From a virus (Duplodnaviria; Caudoviricetes), in the IMG/VR virus record IMGVR_UViG_3300049019_000034, positions 1 through 45,862 of that record: DNA of 45,862 nucleotides; one strand, given 5' to 3'. The notes beneath the pieces were generated by a model. That model ran no database searches. It was not told where the DNA came from and worked only from the letters and a program-made list of their open reading frames with translations. The position numbers and the translations under genes were made by a program. Below, piece after piece: positions 35,113-44,106 of the stretch; the first letter of the stretch is position 1; the number at the start of each line of letters is the position of its first letter.

Positions 35113-35745
35113 ATGACAAAACTCTCCGACCGCGAGCGCATCCTGACCACCCTGGTGGATCGCCTTTCCACAACGATGCTGCTGCGCCCCAACGGCCGTG
35201 TGCATGACGCCGACTCGTTCAGCGACGGCAACGGCGGCCACTACGTGCACTTCGCCTACTACCGCAAGCCCGTCAAGGGCGATCTGGTCATCGGCAAGAC
35301 GGGCCGCATCGATCAATGGAAGGTGGGCTTCTACGAGGAGCACAAAGACCCGTCGATGGGCCTGCACGTCATCCGTGACATCAACACCGGCCAGCTCTGC
35401 GACTACGGCAACGAGGAGTTTGTGCCCATCGTGGGCCTGCACTACACCGACATGCTGGTGGGCGATGAGCGCGGCCTGTACGACAAGGTGCTGGGCGCCT
35501 TCCACGAGGGCGACGAGTACATGTACCGCTACGGCGGCTTCAAGGTTGACGGCAGCCGGGCCGTCATCCGAGTGCGCGAAGCGTTCGGCGGCATGGGCGG
35601 CAAGCAGAGCGTGCCGTTTGAGATCGCCATCGACTGGACGCCAGAGACGACCGTCGTGGAAATCCTGGCTGCGATGCGCGCGGGTGGCTACGGCACCAAG
35701 AGCTTCCGCCCCGAACCGGCCGACGACGACGAAGCCAATACCTAA
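35113..35745 (+). CDS. Hypothetical protein
   Basis: 210-aa ORF with phage-like codon usage in the accessory array. Confidence 0.75.
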   Translation: MTKLSDRERILTTLVDRLSTTMLLRPNGRVHDADSFSDGNGGHYVHFAYYRKPVKGDLVIGKTGRIDQWKVGFYEEHKDPSMGLHVIRDINTGQLCDYGNEEFVPIVGLHYTDMLVGDERGLYDKVLGAFHEGDEYMYRYGGFKVDGSRAVIRVREAFGGMGGKQSVPFEIAIDWTPETTVVEILAAMRAGGYGTKSFRPEPADDDEANT

Positions 35746-35754
35746 GCCTCGACC

Positions 35755-36018
35755 ATGAACCACACCAACATGCCAATCATGCGGGCCACGCTGCTCGCCA
35801 ACATCCCGATGGCCGTCCTGGCGCCGCACGAGAAGCAGGCGCTTCAGAACCACGGCCAGACGCTGGAGAAGCTGGCCAGCCGGGGCGGGCTCTCCGCGTC
35901 CGAAGCGCTGGCGGTGCTGGAGGACCGTCCCTGGCGTCAGCCGGTCAGCCAGCAAGAGACCGAGATTGCGGTCATCAACAAGGTGCGCGAGTGGCGAGCC
36001 GCCCAGCGCACCGCCTGA
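35755..36018 (+). CDS. Conserved phage hypothetical protein
   Basis: PHEKQALQNHGQTLEKLASRGGL..E motif recurrent in phage accessory genes. Confidence 0.75.
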   Translation: MNHTNMPIMRATLLANIPMAVLAPHEKQALQNHGQTLEKLASRGGLSASEALAVLEDRPWRQPVSQQETEIAVINKVREWRAAQRTA

Positions 36019-36085
36019 AGCCAAGCCCCCGACTGTGGGGCGCCGTCTCCACACCACATTCCCCAACCGCCCAGAAAGGCAAATC

Positions 36086-36493
36086 ATGATGAGCATCGGC
36101 TCCGGTATCCGCGACGAATGGAAGTTCACATACACCGCCGTCAAGCTGGCTGAAGGCGCCCGCGCGCAAAAGGCTTTCCGCGAGTCGCGCGCGGCCTGGT
36201 GGAGCGAGCAGAAGGCCAAGGTCATGGCTGACATTCGCGAGTCTGGCGTCAGCGTGAGCGAGAGCGTCGCCTCCTCGATCAGCAACTACGCCACCCAGTC
36301 TGTCGGCCACGGCCCCCAGGTCACGATCAACGCCGACTTGCAACGCAAGCTGGCCGAGTGCCACTCCAAGATCGGCACGCATACCCAGGCCGTCGCGGAG
36401 TACGACGGCTGGATTCAGGTGCTGGAGGCCAACCCGGAGCAGCGCCTGGAGCTGACCCAGGCCGACTGGCTCTACTTCTTCGGCAAGGCCTGA
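36086..36493 (+). CDS. Conserved phage hypothetical protein
   Basis: GAAAGG RBS; RDEWKFTY..DWLYFFG pattern. Confidence 0.75.
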   Translation: MMSIGSGIRDEWKFTYTAVKLAEGARAQKAFRESRAAWWSEQKAKVMADIRESGVSVSESVASSISNYATQSVGHGPQVTINADLQRKLAECHSKIGTHTQAVAEYDGWIQVLEANPEQRLELTQADWLYFFGKA

Positions 36494-36562
36494 CGAACTG
36501 CGGGCCGGCTCGCGCTGGCCCGTCCTTCCCATCCCCCGAACTCACACCCACAGGAGCACACC

Positions 36563-36823
36563 ATGCATGACCGCATCGGAAACATCGGCCAGCCAGTCGG
36601 CATCGAAGAGGCTGCGCGACGCATGGGCCTGATGTTGAACCCGTCCAAGCCAGACCTTCGCAAGAGCGTCGAAGACCTGCTTCGACATCACGGCGGCCAC
36701 GAGGTCATCAAGACCGTGCTCGCGCTGCTGAAGGCAGAGGCCAAGGCCGCTGACGCCCAGCAAGCGAAGGCCAAGGAGGCGCTTGATCTGGCGACCCAGG
36801 CCGCCGCCGAGTCCCTTACTTGA
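36563..36823 (+). CDS. Hypothetical protein
   Basis: AGGAG RBS; 86-aa helical ORF. Confidence 0.7.
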   Translation: MHDRIGNIGQPVGIEEAARRMGLMLNPSKPDLRKSVEDLLRHHGGHEVIKTVLALLKAEAKAADAQQAKAKEALDLATQAAAESLT

Positions 36824-36832
36824 AGCCTACCC

Positions 36833-37462
36833 ATGAACACACCCAATCTCTTTGAGGCCCGCCGTTTGTCTTGCCTGCACGCAGCAATGGCGCAGAACTA
36901 CTCCAGCGGGCACCGGTGGGACCACCTGGACGGCAAGGCCAGCACGGAGGCCGCCGCCATGCTCCTCGCCCTGGCCGACGAGAACGAGCGGCTTCGCGCC
37001 CGGGCGGGGCCGGCTGGCTGGAAGCTGGTGCCGGTGGATGCGACGCCTGAGATGCTGGACGCGGCATCAGCATCTCAGGACCGAGGGGACTGGATAGGTG
37101 GCGCCTACTTCAAGCGAGCATGGCCGGCAATGCTCGCCGCCTCCCCCGCCGCCCCGGCGCAGCAGGCCGCGCCGGTTTGCCCCGCTTGCAAAGGCTCAGG
37201 CGAAGGCGGCAGCTACCACGTACCTGGCACGGAGGCCGACTCCGTGGATGGGCCGTGCCACGATTGCGGCGGCTCCGGAGAACCGCCACAGCAGGCCGAG
37301 CCGCTGACGGATGAGCGAGTGAGCGCAATCTACAGGGCGCTCGGAATCACCTTCCTGGTGCCGGGCGACTACGACCGCAACCTGTTCACCCGCACCGATG
37401 ACGTGACGCTGAAGCAGTTGATTCGCGCCGTCGAGCGCGCCCACGGCATCAAGGCCGCCTGA
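36833..37462 (+). CDS. Modular Ead/Ea22-like protein with CxxCxGxG zinc finger
   Basis: LADENERLR, GWKLVP..TPEML..AMLAASP, CPACKGSG..CHDCGGSG, EPLTDE..RAVERAHGI modules. Confidence 0.75.
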   Translation: MNTPNLFEARRLSCLHAAMAQNYSSGHRWDHLDGKASTEAAAMLLALADENERLRARAGPAGWKLVPVDATPEMLDAASASQDRGDWIGGAYFKRAWPAMLAASPAAPAQQAAPVCPACKGSGEGGSYHVPGTEADSVDGPCHDCGGSGEPPQQAEPLTDERVSAIYRALGITFLVPGDYDRNLFTRTDDVTLKQLIRAVERAHGIKAA

Positions 37463-37528
37463 AATTCCCACCCTTTGGAACTGGGCATTGCCCAGCAACC
37501 TTTTCCCCACCAGCCAGAAAGGCACCCC

Positions 37529-38035
37529 ATGAACGACCAACAGATCGAAGCCGCAGTCCAGGCCAAGGGTCTGACCGCCCCGCGCGTGCGCCTCGCCGAC
37601 ATCGAGGACGCTATCGAGCGCATCGACATCGTGAAGCACGTCTCCACGTCAGGCCAGGTGCTGCGCTGGGCCGTACTGAACATGCGCAACGGCTTCGCCA
37701 TCACCGGCCGCCCGTCCTGTTCCGTCTCGCCCGAGAACGACGACGAAGACCTGGGCAAGAAGATCGCCACCGACAACGCCATCAGCGAGGCGTGGCCGCT
37801 GCTGGGCTACGCCCTGAAGGAGCGCCTGGCCGCCGTGCCTGCCGACTTCCGTGACCGCGTGCGCCTGGAGCTGCGCGAGCTGGATGCCAAGATCGACGCG
37901 CTGGCGAAGTTCCTGCCCACCGATCGGTTCGCCAGCTTGCCGCCCGAGGAGCAGGAGCGCATGACCTCGCAACTCGCCGCCATGCAGGACTACAGCGGCT
38001 GCCTGACCGAGCGCGTCGCCGCGTTCACGGCCTGA
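37529..38035 (+). CDS. Gp49 (N4 gp49/Sf6 gp66)-family domain fused to a crAss001_48/T4 DenB.1-like helical domain; putative anti-defence nucleotide sponge
   Basis: TAPRV..NGFAITG..SVSPENDDE.LG.KIA..NA...WPLLGY.L, then FRDRV..E..ELD.K..AL.KF..F..L...EQ.....Q..AM..Y...L.ER. Confidence 0.82.
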   Translation: MNDQQIEAAVQAKGLTAPRVRLADIEDAIERIDIVKHVSTSGQVLRWAVLNMRNGFAITGRPSCSVSPENDDEDLGKKIATDNAISEAWPLLGYALKERLAAVPADFRDRVRLELRELDAKIDALAKFLPTDRFASLPPEEQERMTSQLAAMQDYSGCLTERVAAFTA

Positions 38036-38101
38036 CCGAGCGCTGACCGTGCCCGGCGTGCCGGGCATCAGTGAACGCTTTCCCATCCCCCGAACTCATC
38101 C

Positions 38102-38377
38102 ATGAACACGCAACATACGCCGGGCCAGTGGCTGGCGAGCGCCGGCCAAGTCCACGATGCGCATGGCTCGCTCATCGCCGTGGTGATGGCCCATGACACG
38201 CCCGTCGGCGCTGCCAACGCGCGCCTGATCGCGGCGGCGCCCGAGCTGCTGGAGGCGCTGCTGGCCTTCGATGCAGTGGACCGCTTCTCCCTCTGGCACC
38301 AGAACTACGCGCCGGCCATCGAAAAGGCGCGAGCTGCCATGGCCAAAGCCATCGGCGCCGATCCGACCCACCCTTGA
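38102..38377 (+). CDS. Conserved phage protein (HTPG.W / ANARLIAAAPELLEAL family)
   Basis: Diagnostic motifs present. Confidence 0.8.
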   Translation: MNTQHTPGQWLASAGQVHDAHGSLIAVVMAHDTPVGAANARLIAAAPELLEALLAFDAVDRFSLWHQNYAPAIEKARAAMAKAIGADPTHP

Positions 38378-38386
38378 AGCCTGCCC

Positions 38387-38653
38387 ATGACCGAAGCTGA
38401 CCGCACCGTGACACGCCTCAAGGCGAAGCTGGCTCGCCGCGACCGCAAGATCGCTGGCCTGCAGCGCAAGCTGGAGATGACGCAGCGCACCCTCGCCATG
38501 CAGAGCATGCTGGTGCAGCGGCTGCCCATCGACGTGGAGCGCGCCGTTCAGCGAGCCCTGTGCAACGTCCGCATGATCCCCGTGCTGGGCATTGCAGGGT
38601 CCGACCGGATCGTCGAAGTCCGGGCCGCCGACAAAAGCCAATCCCCCGCTTGA
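38387..38653 (+). CDS. Hypothetical coiled-coil protein
   Basis: 88-aa basic ORF flanked by conserved junction motifs. Confidence 0.65.
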   Translation: MTEADRTVTRLKAKLARRDRKIAGLQRKLEMTQRTLAMQSMLVQRLPIDVERAVQRALCNVRMIPVLGIAGSDRIVEVRAADKSQSPA

Positions 38654-38664
38654 AAGTCTCCACC

Positions 38665-39846
38665 ATGACAGAACAGATCACCCCCGGCTCCGTCTACGTC
38701 AAGCTCACCCGTCCCGAAGGCTATGAAGACGTGGCGCCCGAGCTGGTGCTGGAAGACGCCGGCATGCACCCCGCGTTCTCGCCCGAGGACGTGACGGCCG
38801 AGATCGAGCGGCTGCGCGCCCAGGTGGCGCCGGCTGTGGCCCTCCTTGCAGACGTGCTCGATGAGCTCTTGGACGGGGCCGACCCTTTCTTGCCGTTGAC
38901 CCGCAAGGCCGCCGACGCCCTCGCCGCCTATCGCGCCGCTCCGGCACAGCAGGCCGAGCCGACGCCCGACTTCCTGGCGGGCACCTTCATCCAGCACGTC
39001 CAGAACGTGGCCGGCGTACCTGGCCACTGGCCCGACGAGTTCCTGGCTTGGTACAAGCCGGCCGACTGGCTGACCGAGGAGCGCGCCGTGGCCGTGTTCC
39101 TGGGGCAGAAGCTAGCTGCCCCATCCCTGACGGTTGGGGAGGGGCCGGCGGCCAGTGTCATCGCGACGGCGCCCAAGCGCATCTGGCTCAACGTGTTCGA
39201 CGCACCCGAGAACACGGACGGCGACAAGCTGTTCCCCAGCGACCACGAGGGCATCACCTGGGCCGAGGACGAGGTGGGCGACTATGACGTGCAGTACATC
39301 CGCGCCGACTTGGTTCAGCCTGCCGCGCAGGCAGAGCCGGTGGCGTGGTGCGAACTCACGCCGGCCGGGAAGATCGCCTACTTCGACGGCAGGCCGATGG
39401 TGATGCCTGGGCCGGTCGGCAACGACTGCCACACCACGCCCCTCTATGCCCATCATCCCGCGCAGGGGGTGGGGGGCGAACGGTCGGCGTTTGAGACGTG
39501 GATCACCGAGACGCTGAACTACGGCTATGACCTGGAGCGCGACGCTGGGCTGGGCGAGGGCTACACGCACGACGCCACGGACACCGCGTGGCTCGCGTGG
39601 CAAGCCCGCGCCGCCCTTGCCCAGGCGCCGGCCGCCGAGCCGACCGACGCTGACGTTGACAAGGCATGGCACCGCTTTGAAGCCGAGTTGCAGCGGGGAG
39701 CAGAGGCGCGGGATGCAATGCGGTATCGGTTCCTGCGGGATGCTGACCGCAGCGACCCGGCCATCGACTTTGAGTTGCTGCTCAGCCTTGCGATGGACAG
39801 CCTGGACGATGCCGTTGACGCCGCCATGGCCGCCGAGAAGCCCTGA
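38665..39846 (+). CDS. Large modular Ead/Ea22-like accessory protein
   Basis: String of short modules (AEIERLR; TAPKRIWL..ITW..DVQYIRADL; EPVAW..TPLY; ERSAFE.W..WLAWQARA; DAMRYRFLR..LDDAVDAAM) joined by Pro/Ala/Gln linkers. Confidence 0.8.
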   Translation: MTEQITPGSVYVKLTRPEGYEDVAPELVLEDAGMHPAFSPEDVTAEIERLRAQVAPAVALLADVLDELLDGADPFLPLTRKAADALAAYRAAPAQQAEPTPDFLAGTFIQHVQNVAGVPGHWPDEFLAWYKPADWLTEERAVAVFLGQKLAAPSLTVGEGPAASVIATAPKRIWLNVFDAPENTDGDKLFPSDHEGITWAEDEVGDYDVQYIRADLVQPAAQAEPVAWCELTPAGKIAYFDGRPMVMPGPVGNDCHTTPLYAHHPAQGVGGERSAFETWITETLNYGYDLERDAGLGEGYTHDATDTAWLAWQARAALAQAPAAEPTDADVDKAWHRFEAELQRGAEARDAMRYRFLRDADRSDPAIDFELLLSLAMDSLDDAVDAAMAAEKP

Positions 39847-39870
39847 CTTTCGAATCCCCGAGAACTATCC

Positions 39871-41955
39871 ATGACGAAGCTCTGGCTCGACCTCGAGACC
39901 TACAGCGAGGTGCCGATCACCAACGGCACGCACGCATATGCGGCCGGCGCCGAGATCATGCTGATGGCATGGGCGCTGGCCGATGGCCCGGTGGGCGTGT
40001 GGGACTGCACGCTGGCGCGCGCCATGCCCGATGCGCTGGAGGCTGCGCTGCAAGATCCGGCCGTCGAGATTTGGGCGCATAACAGCCACTTCGACCGCAC
40101 CGTCCTGCGCCATTGCTACGACGCTTACCGCGACGAGTGGATCAGCTACCCGGGCGACGCCAGCCGCTGGCGCGACACCCTCGTCCAGGCCCTGAGCCAC
40201 GGCCTGCCGGCCGGCCTGGCCGCGCTGTGCGACGTGCTGAAGGTGCCGACCGACAAGGCGAAGGACAAGGCCGGCAAGCAGCTGATCCAACTGTTCTGCA
40301 AGCCGCGCCCAGCCACCAGCAAGATCCGCCGCGCGACGCGCCAGACGCACCCTGTCGAGTGGGCGCGGTTCGTGGAGTACGCCGGCCTGGACATCGAGGC
40401 GATGCGCGAGTGCCACAAGCGCATGCCGATGTGGAACTACCGGGGCGGCGAGCTGGGGCTGTGGCACCTCGACCAGCGCATCAATGACCGCGGCATGTGC
40501 ATGGACGTGCCCCTCGCGCACGCTGCCGTGCAGGCCGTCGACATGGCGCAGACGGCGCTGGCCAAGCGCACGATGGAGCTGACCGAGGGCCAGGTGGCCA
40601 GTGCCACGAAGCGCGACCAGCTGCTGCGCCACATCCTCGAGGCCTTCGGCGTCGACCTGCCCGACATGCAGATGTCCACCCTGGAGCGGCGCATCGCCGA
40701 CCCGGACCTGCCTGTCGCGCTGCGCGAGCTGCTCGGCATCCGCCTGCAGGCCAGCACCAGCAGCACCAGCAAGTACAAGACCCTGATCAAGGCCACCAGC
40801 GCCGACGGCCGCCTGCGCGGCACGAAGCAGTTCAACGGCGCCGGTCGCACCGGTCGCTGGGCCGGCCGGCTGTTCCAGCCCGACAACATGCCCCGGCCCG
40901 CGCTCAAGGCCGAGCAGATCGACGCCGGCATCGACGCGCTGATGGCGGGCTGCGCGGATCTCGTGGTGGACAACGTGATGGAGCTGACCAGCAGCGCCAT
41001 CCGCGGCACCATCATCGCGCCCGAGGGCAAGAAGCTGGTGGTCGCCGACCTGTCCAACATCGAGGGCCGGGATCAGGCCTGGCTGACTGGCGAGACCTGG
41101 AAGCTCAAGGCCTTCCGCGCGTTCGACGGCGGTACCGGCCACGACCTCTACAAGATGTCCTACGGCAAGTCCTTCGGCGTGGCGCCCGAGGACGTGACGA
41201 AGGACCAGCGCCAGGTGGGCAAGGTGCAGGAGCTGGCCCTGGGCTACGAGGGTGGCGTGGGCGCGTTCGTCACCTTCGCCGCGGCCTACAACATCGACCT
41301 GGAGCAGCTGCCGTCGAAGGTGCTGCCGCTGGCGCCAGAGTGGGCGCGCAACGAGGCCAACAGCTTCTATGCCTGGACCGTCAAGGAGCGCCGGCCCACC
41401 TTCGGCCTGAGCCAGGACGCATTCATCGCCTGCGACGTGCTCAAGCGCGTCTGGCGCAATGCCCACGCCAACATCGCCGCGCACTGGGCCGAGCTCAAGG
41501 GCGTCGTGATGCAGGCTATCGAGATGCCCGGCAACACCTTCCCGTGCGGCAAGGTCAAGGTGCGCCGCGATGGCAACTGGCTGCGCATCGGCCTGCCCAG
41601 CGGCCGCGCGCTCTGCTACCCGTCGCCCCAGATCGTGGACGGCGCCATCACCTACATGGGCCTGAACCAGTACAGCCGGAAGTGGTGCCGCCTGAAGACC
41701 TACGGCGGCAAGCTCTTCGAGAACATCTGCCAGGCCGTCGCGCGCGACGTGATGGCCCACAACATGCCCGGCATCGAGGCCGCGGGCTACGAGATCGTGC
41801 TCACAGTGCACGACGAGGTGATCTGCGAGGCGCCTGACTCGGACGAGTTCAACCCCGAACACCTGGCCGGCCTGCTGGCCGCCAACCCACCCTGGGCCGC
41901 GGACATGCCGCTGGCCGCCGCGGGCTTCGAAACCTACCGCTACCGGAAGGACTGA
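39871..41955 (+). CDS. Family A DNA polymerase with 3'-5' exonuclease
   Basis: Exo motifs LDLET, HNSHFD, YAGLD; TGRW; motif A DLSNIE; motif B RQVGKVQELALGY; motif C VHDE. Confidence 0.95.
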   Translation: MTKLWLDLETYSEVPITNGTHAYAAGAEIMLMAWALADGPVGVWDCTLARAMPDALEAALQDPAVEIWAHNSHFDRTVLRHCYDAYRDEWISYPGDASRWRDTLVQALSHGLPAGLAALCDVLKVPTDKAKDKAGKQLIQLFCKPRPATSKIRRATRQTHPVEWARFVEYAGLDIEAMRECHKRMPMWNYRGGELGLWHLDQRINDRGMCMDVPLAHAAVQAVDMAQTALAKRTMELTEGQVASATKRDQLLRHILEAFGVDLPDMQMSTLERRIADPDLPVALRELLGIRLQASTSSTSKYKTLIKATSADGRLRGTKQFNGAGRTGRWAGRLFQPDNMPRPALKAEQIDAGIDALMAGCADLVVDNVMELTSSAIRGTIIAPEGKKLVVADLSNIEGRDQAWLTGETWKLKAFRAFDGGTGHDLYKMSYGKSFGVAPEDVTKDQRQVGKVQELALGYEGGVGAFVTFAAAYNIDLEQLPSKVLPLAPEWARNEANSFYAWTVKERRPTFGLSQDAFIACDVLKRVWRNAHANIAAHWAELKGVVMQAIEMPGNTFPCGKVKVRRDGNWLRIGLPSGRALCYPSPQIVDGAITYMGLNQYSRKWCRLKTYGGKLFENICQAVARDVMAHNMPGIEAAGYEIVLTVHDEVICEAPDSDEFNPEHLAGLLAANPPWAADMPLAAAGFETYRYRKD

Positions 41956-41957
41956 CC

Positions 41958-42062
41958 ATGATCGCCCGCATCCGCCGCGCGCTGCGCGTCTACGGCTACT
42001 ACCGCCGCATCGGCTTTCACCGGGCCGCGTCCGTCCGCATCGCCTGGAGGGCCGCGGAATGA
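41958..42062 (+). CDS. 34-aa Arg-rich peptide (not in the ORF track)
   Basis: AAGGA RBS; MIARIRRALRVYGYYRRIGFHRAASVRIAWRAAE; ATGA-coupled to the next ORF. Confidence 0.55.
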   Translation: MIARIRRALRVYGYYRRIGFHRAASVRIAWRAAE

Positions 42063-42220
42063 TCTGGCTGCTCATCTACGTGGTGCTCGTGGCGGTGCTG
42101 GCTTCGCTGATGAAGTGGTACATCGACCGCCCACTGAAGGGCGGCGCGCCCAGCGCCTGCTCGGGGAATTGCCGGCAGGGTCGCGACTGCACTTGCCGCC
42201 GGGAGTCTCGCAATGCGTGA
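42059..42220 (+). CDS. 53-aa membrane-anchored Cys-rich peptide (not in the ORF track)
   Basis: GGAGG RBS; N-terminal TM helix then CSGNCRQGRDCTC; overlaps the VRR-NUC start. Confidence 0.6.
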   Translation: MIWLLIYVVLVAVLASLMKWYIDRPLKGGAPSACSGNCRQGRDCTCRRESRNA

Positions 42221-42521
42221 ACGCGACATCGAAGCCCACCTGGTCAAGTGCGTCAAGGCGCTCGGCGGCGAGGTGCGCAAGGTCCAGTGGATCGGCCGCC
42301 GCGGCGCGCCTGACCGCCTGGTGATGCTGCCGGCGAAAACGCACACGGCCTGGAATGGCGCCCGCTTCCTGCTGGCGCCTTGCCCCATCTGGGTCGAGCT
42401 CAAGGCACCGGGCGTCAAAGCCGAGGCCTACCAGCTGCGCGAGCACGCTCGGATGCGCGCCATGGGTCAGGTCGTCATGGTGATCGACAGCATCGAAGGC
42501 GTCGAGGAGTTGCTTCGATGA
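42213..42521 (+). CDS. VRR-NUC domain nuclease (resolvase-like)
   Basis: MRERDIE, GAPDR, VELKAPG, QLREH motifs. Confidence 0.9.
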   Translation: MRERDIEAHLVKCVKALGGEVRKVQWIGRRGAPDRLVMLPAKTHTAWNGARFLLAPCPIWVELKAPGVKAEAYQLREHARMRAMGQVVMVIDSIEGVEELLR

Positions 42522-42736
42522 AGTGCCCCCGCTGCGGCGGCCTTTCCCGCCAGCTCAAGACCGAAGGGAATCGGCGCGCCCGGAAGTGCGGCAGCTGCGG
42601 CATTCGCTTCTTCACCGTTGAGATGCCCGAGAGCGATTTCGAGCGCGAAGCCGTCAAGGTGATGCGCCAGCTGCTGGATCAGTTCAGCGTCAAGCGCGCC
42701 CGCGCCACGCTGCGCGAGAAGGGCTATCTGCGATGA
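42518..42736 (+). CDS. Zinc-ribbon protein (NrdR-N/Ogr-like C4)
   Basis: MKCPRCG..RRARKCGSCGIRFFTVE; ATGA-coupled on both sides. Confidence 0.75.
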   Translation: MKCPRCGGLSRQLKTEGNRRARKCGSCGIRFFTVEMPESDFEREAVKVMRQLLDQFSVKRARATLREKGYLR

Positions 42737-44106
42737 CCCGCCCCTTCACCGCTCGTCCCTACCAGACCATGATCAGGGATCACATCCTGGACCACCCGCG
42801 CTGCGCCATCTGGGCCGGCATGGGCATGGGCAAGACCACCAGCACGCTCAATGCCGTCGACACGGTGACGCTGATCGACGACGCGCCCGTGCTGGTGCTG
42901 GCCCCGCTACGCGTGGCGCGCAGCACCTGGCCCGAGGAGGCCCAGAAGTGGGAGCACCTGGCCGGCCTGGGTGTCATGCCCATCGTCGGCGACGAGCGCG
43001 AGCGGCGCGCCGCCATGCGCATGCCCTCCCAGGTCTACGCCACCAACTACGAGCAGCTGCCGTGGCTGGTGGAGCACTGGGGCGACCGCTGGCCCTACCG
43101 CACGGTGATCGCCGACGAGTCCACCAAGCTGAAGAGCTTCCGCCTGCGCCAGGGCGGGTCGCGCGCGCAGGCCCTGGGCAAGGTGGCGCACACCAAGATC
43201 AAGCGCTTCGTCGAGCTGACCGGCACGCCCAGCCCGAACGGACTGGCGGACCTGTGGGGCCAGGCGTGGTTCCTGGACGCCGGCCAGCGCCTCGGCCGCA
43301 CCTACCAGGCCTTCAGTGATCGGTGGTTCCGCACGCACCCCAGCGGCTACGGCACGGTGGCCCTGCCCCACGCCCAGGCCGAGATCCAGGACAAGCTGCG
43401 CGACCTGTGCCTGACCATCGACGCGAAGGACTGGTTCGACCTGCGCGAGCCCATCGTGAACAACATCTACGTCGAGCTGCCGATCAAGGCGCGCAAGCAC
43501 TACGCCGAGATGGAGAAGGAGATGTTCACCCAGCTCGACGAGCACGAGGTCGAGGCCTTCGGTGCGGCGGCCCGCACGATCAAGTGCCTGCAGATCGCCA
43601 ACGGCGCGGCCTACGTGGGCGAGGGCAACACCGAATGGAAAGACCTGCACGACGGCAAGCTCGACGCGCTGGAGTCCATCGTCGAGGAGTCGGCCGGCGC
43701 GCCGGTGTTGGTGGCCTACCACTTCAAGTCCGACCTGGCCCGGCTACTGCGCGCCTTCCCGAAGGGTCGCCAACTCGACCAGGACCCGCAGACGATCCGC
43801 GATTGGAACGCCGGCAAGATCCCCGTGCTCTTCGCCCACCCGGCCAGCGCCGGCCACGGCCTGAACCTGCAGGACGGCGGCAACACCCTGGTGTATTTCG
43901 GCCACTGGTGGAACCTGGAAGAGCGCATGCAGATCCTGGAGCGCATCGGCCCCACCCGCCAGATGCAGGCCGGCCATGACCGCCCCGTCTTCGTCCACAA
44001 CATCATCGCCCGCGACACCGTCGACGAGATGGTGATGGAGCGAGTCGAGTCCAAGCGCGAGGTGCAGGACATCCTGCTGGCCGCGATGAAAAGGAAGCGC
44101 CCATGA
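42733..44106 (+). CDS. SNF2-family (SF2) helicase
   Basis: MGMGKT, ADES, LTGTP, SAGHGLNLQ, QILERI..RQ motifs. Confidence 0.93.
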   Translation: MTRPFTARPYQTMIRDHILDHPRCAIWAGMGMGKTTSTLNAVDTVTLIDDAPVLVLAPLRVARSTWPEEAQKWEHLAGLGVMPIVGDERERRAAMRMPSQVYATNYEQLPWLVEHWGDRWPYRTVIADESTKLKSFRLRQGGSRAQALGKVAHTKIKRFVELTGTPSPNGLADLWGQAWFLDAGQRLGRTYQAFSDRWFRTHPSGYGTVALPHAQAEIQDKLRDLCLTIDAKDWFDLREPIVNNIYVELPIKARKHYAEMEKEMFTQLDEHEVEAFGAAARTIKCLQIANGAAYVGEGNTEWKDLHDGKLDALESIVEESAGAPVLVAYHFKSDLARLLRAFPKGRQLDQDPQTIRDWNAGKIPVLFAHPASAGHGLNLQDGGNTLVYFGHWWNLEERMQILERIGPTRQMQAGHDRPVFVHNIIARDTVDEMVMERVESKREVQDILLAAMKRKRP

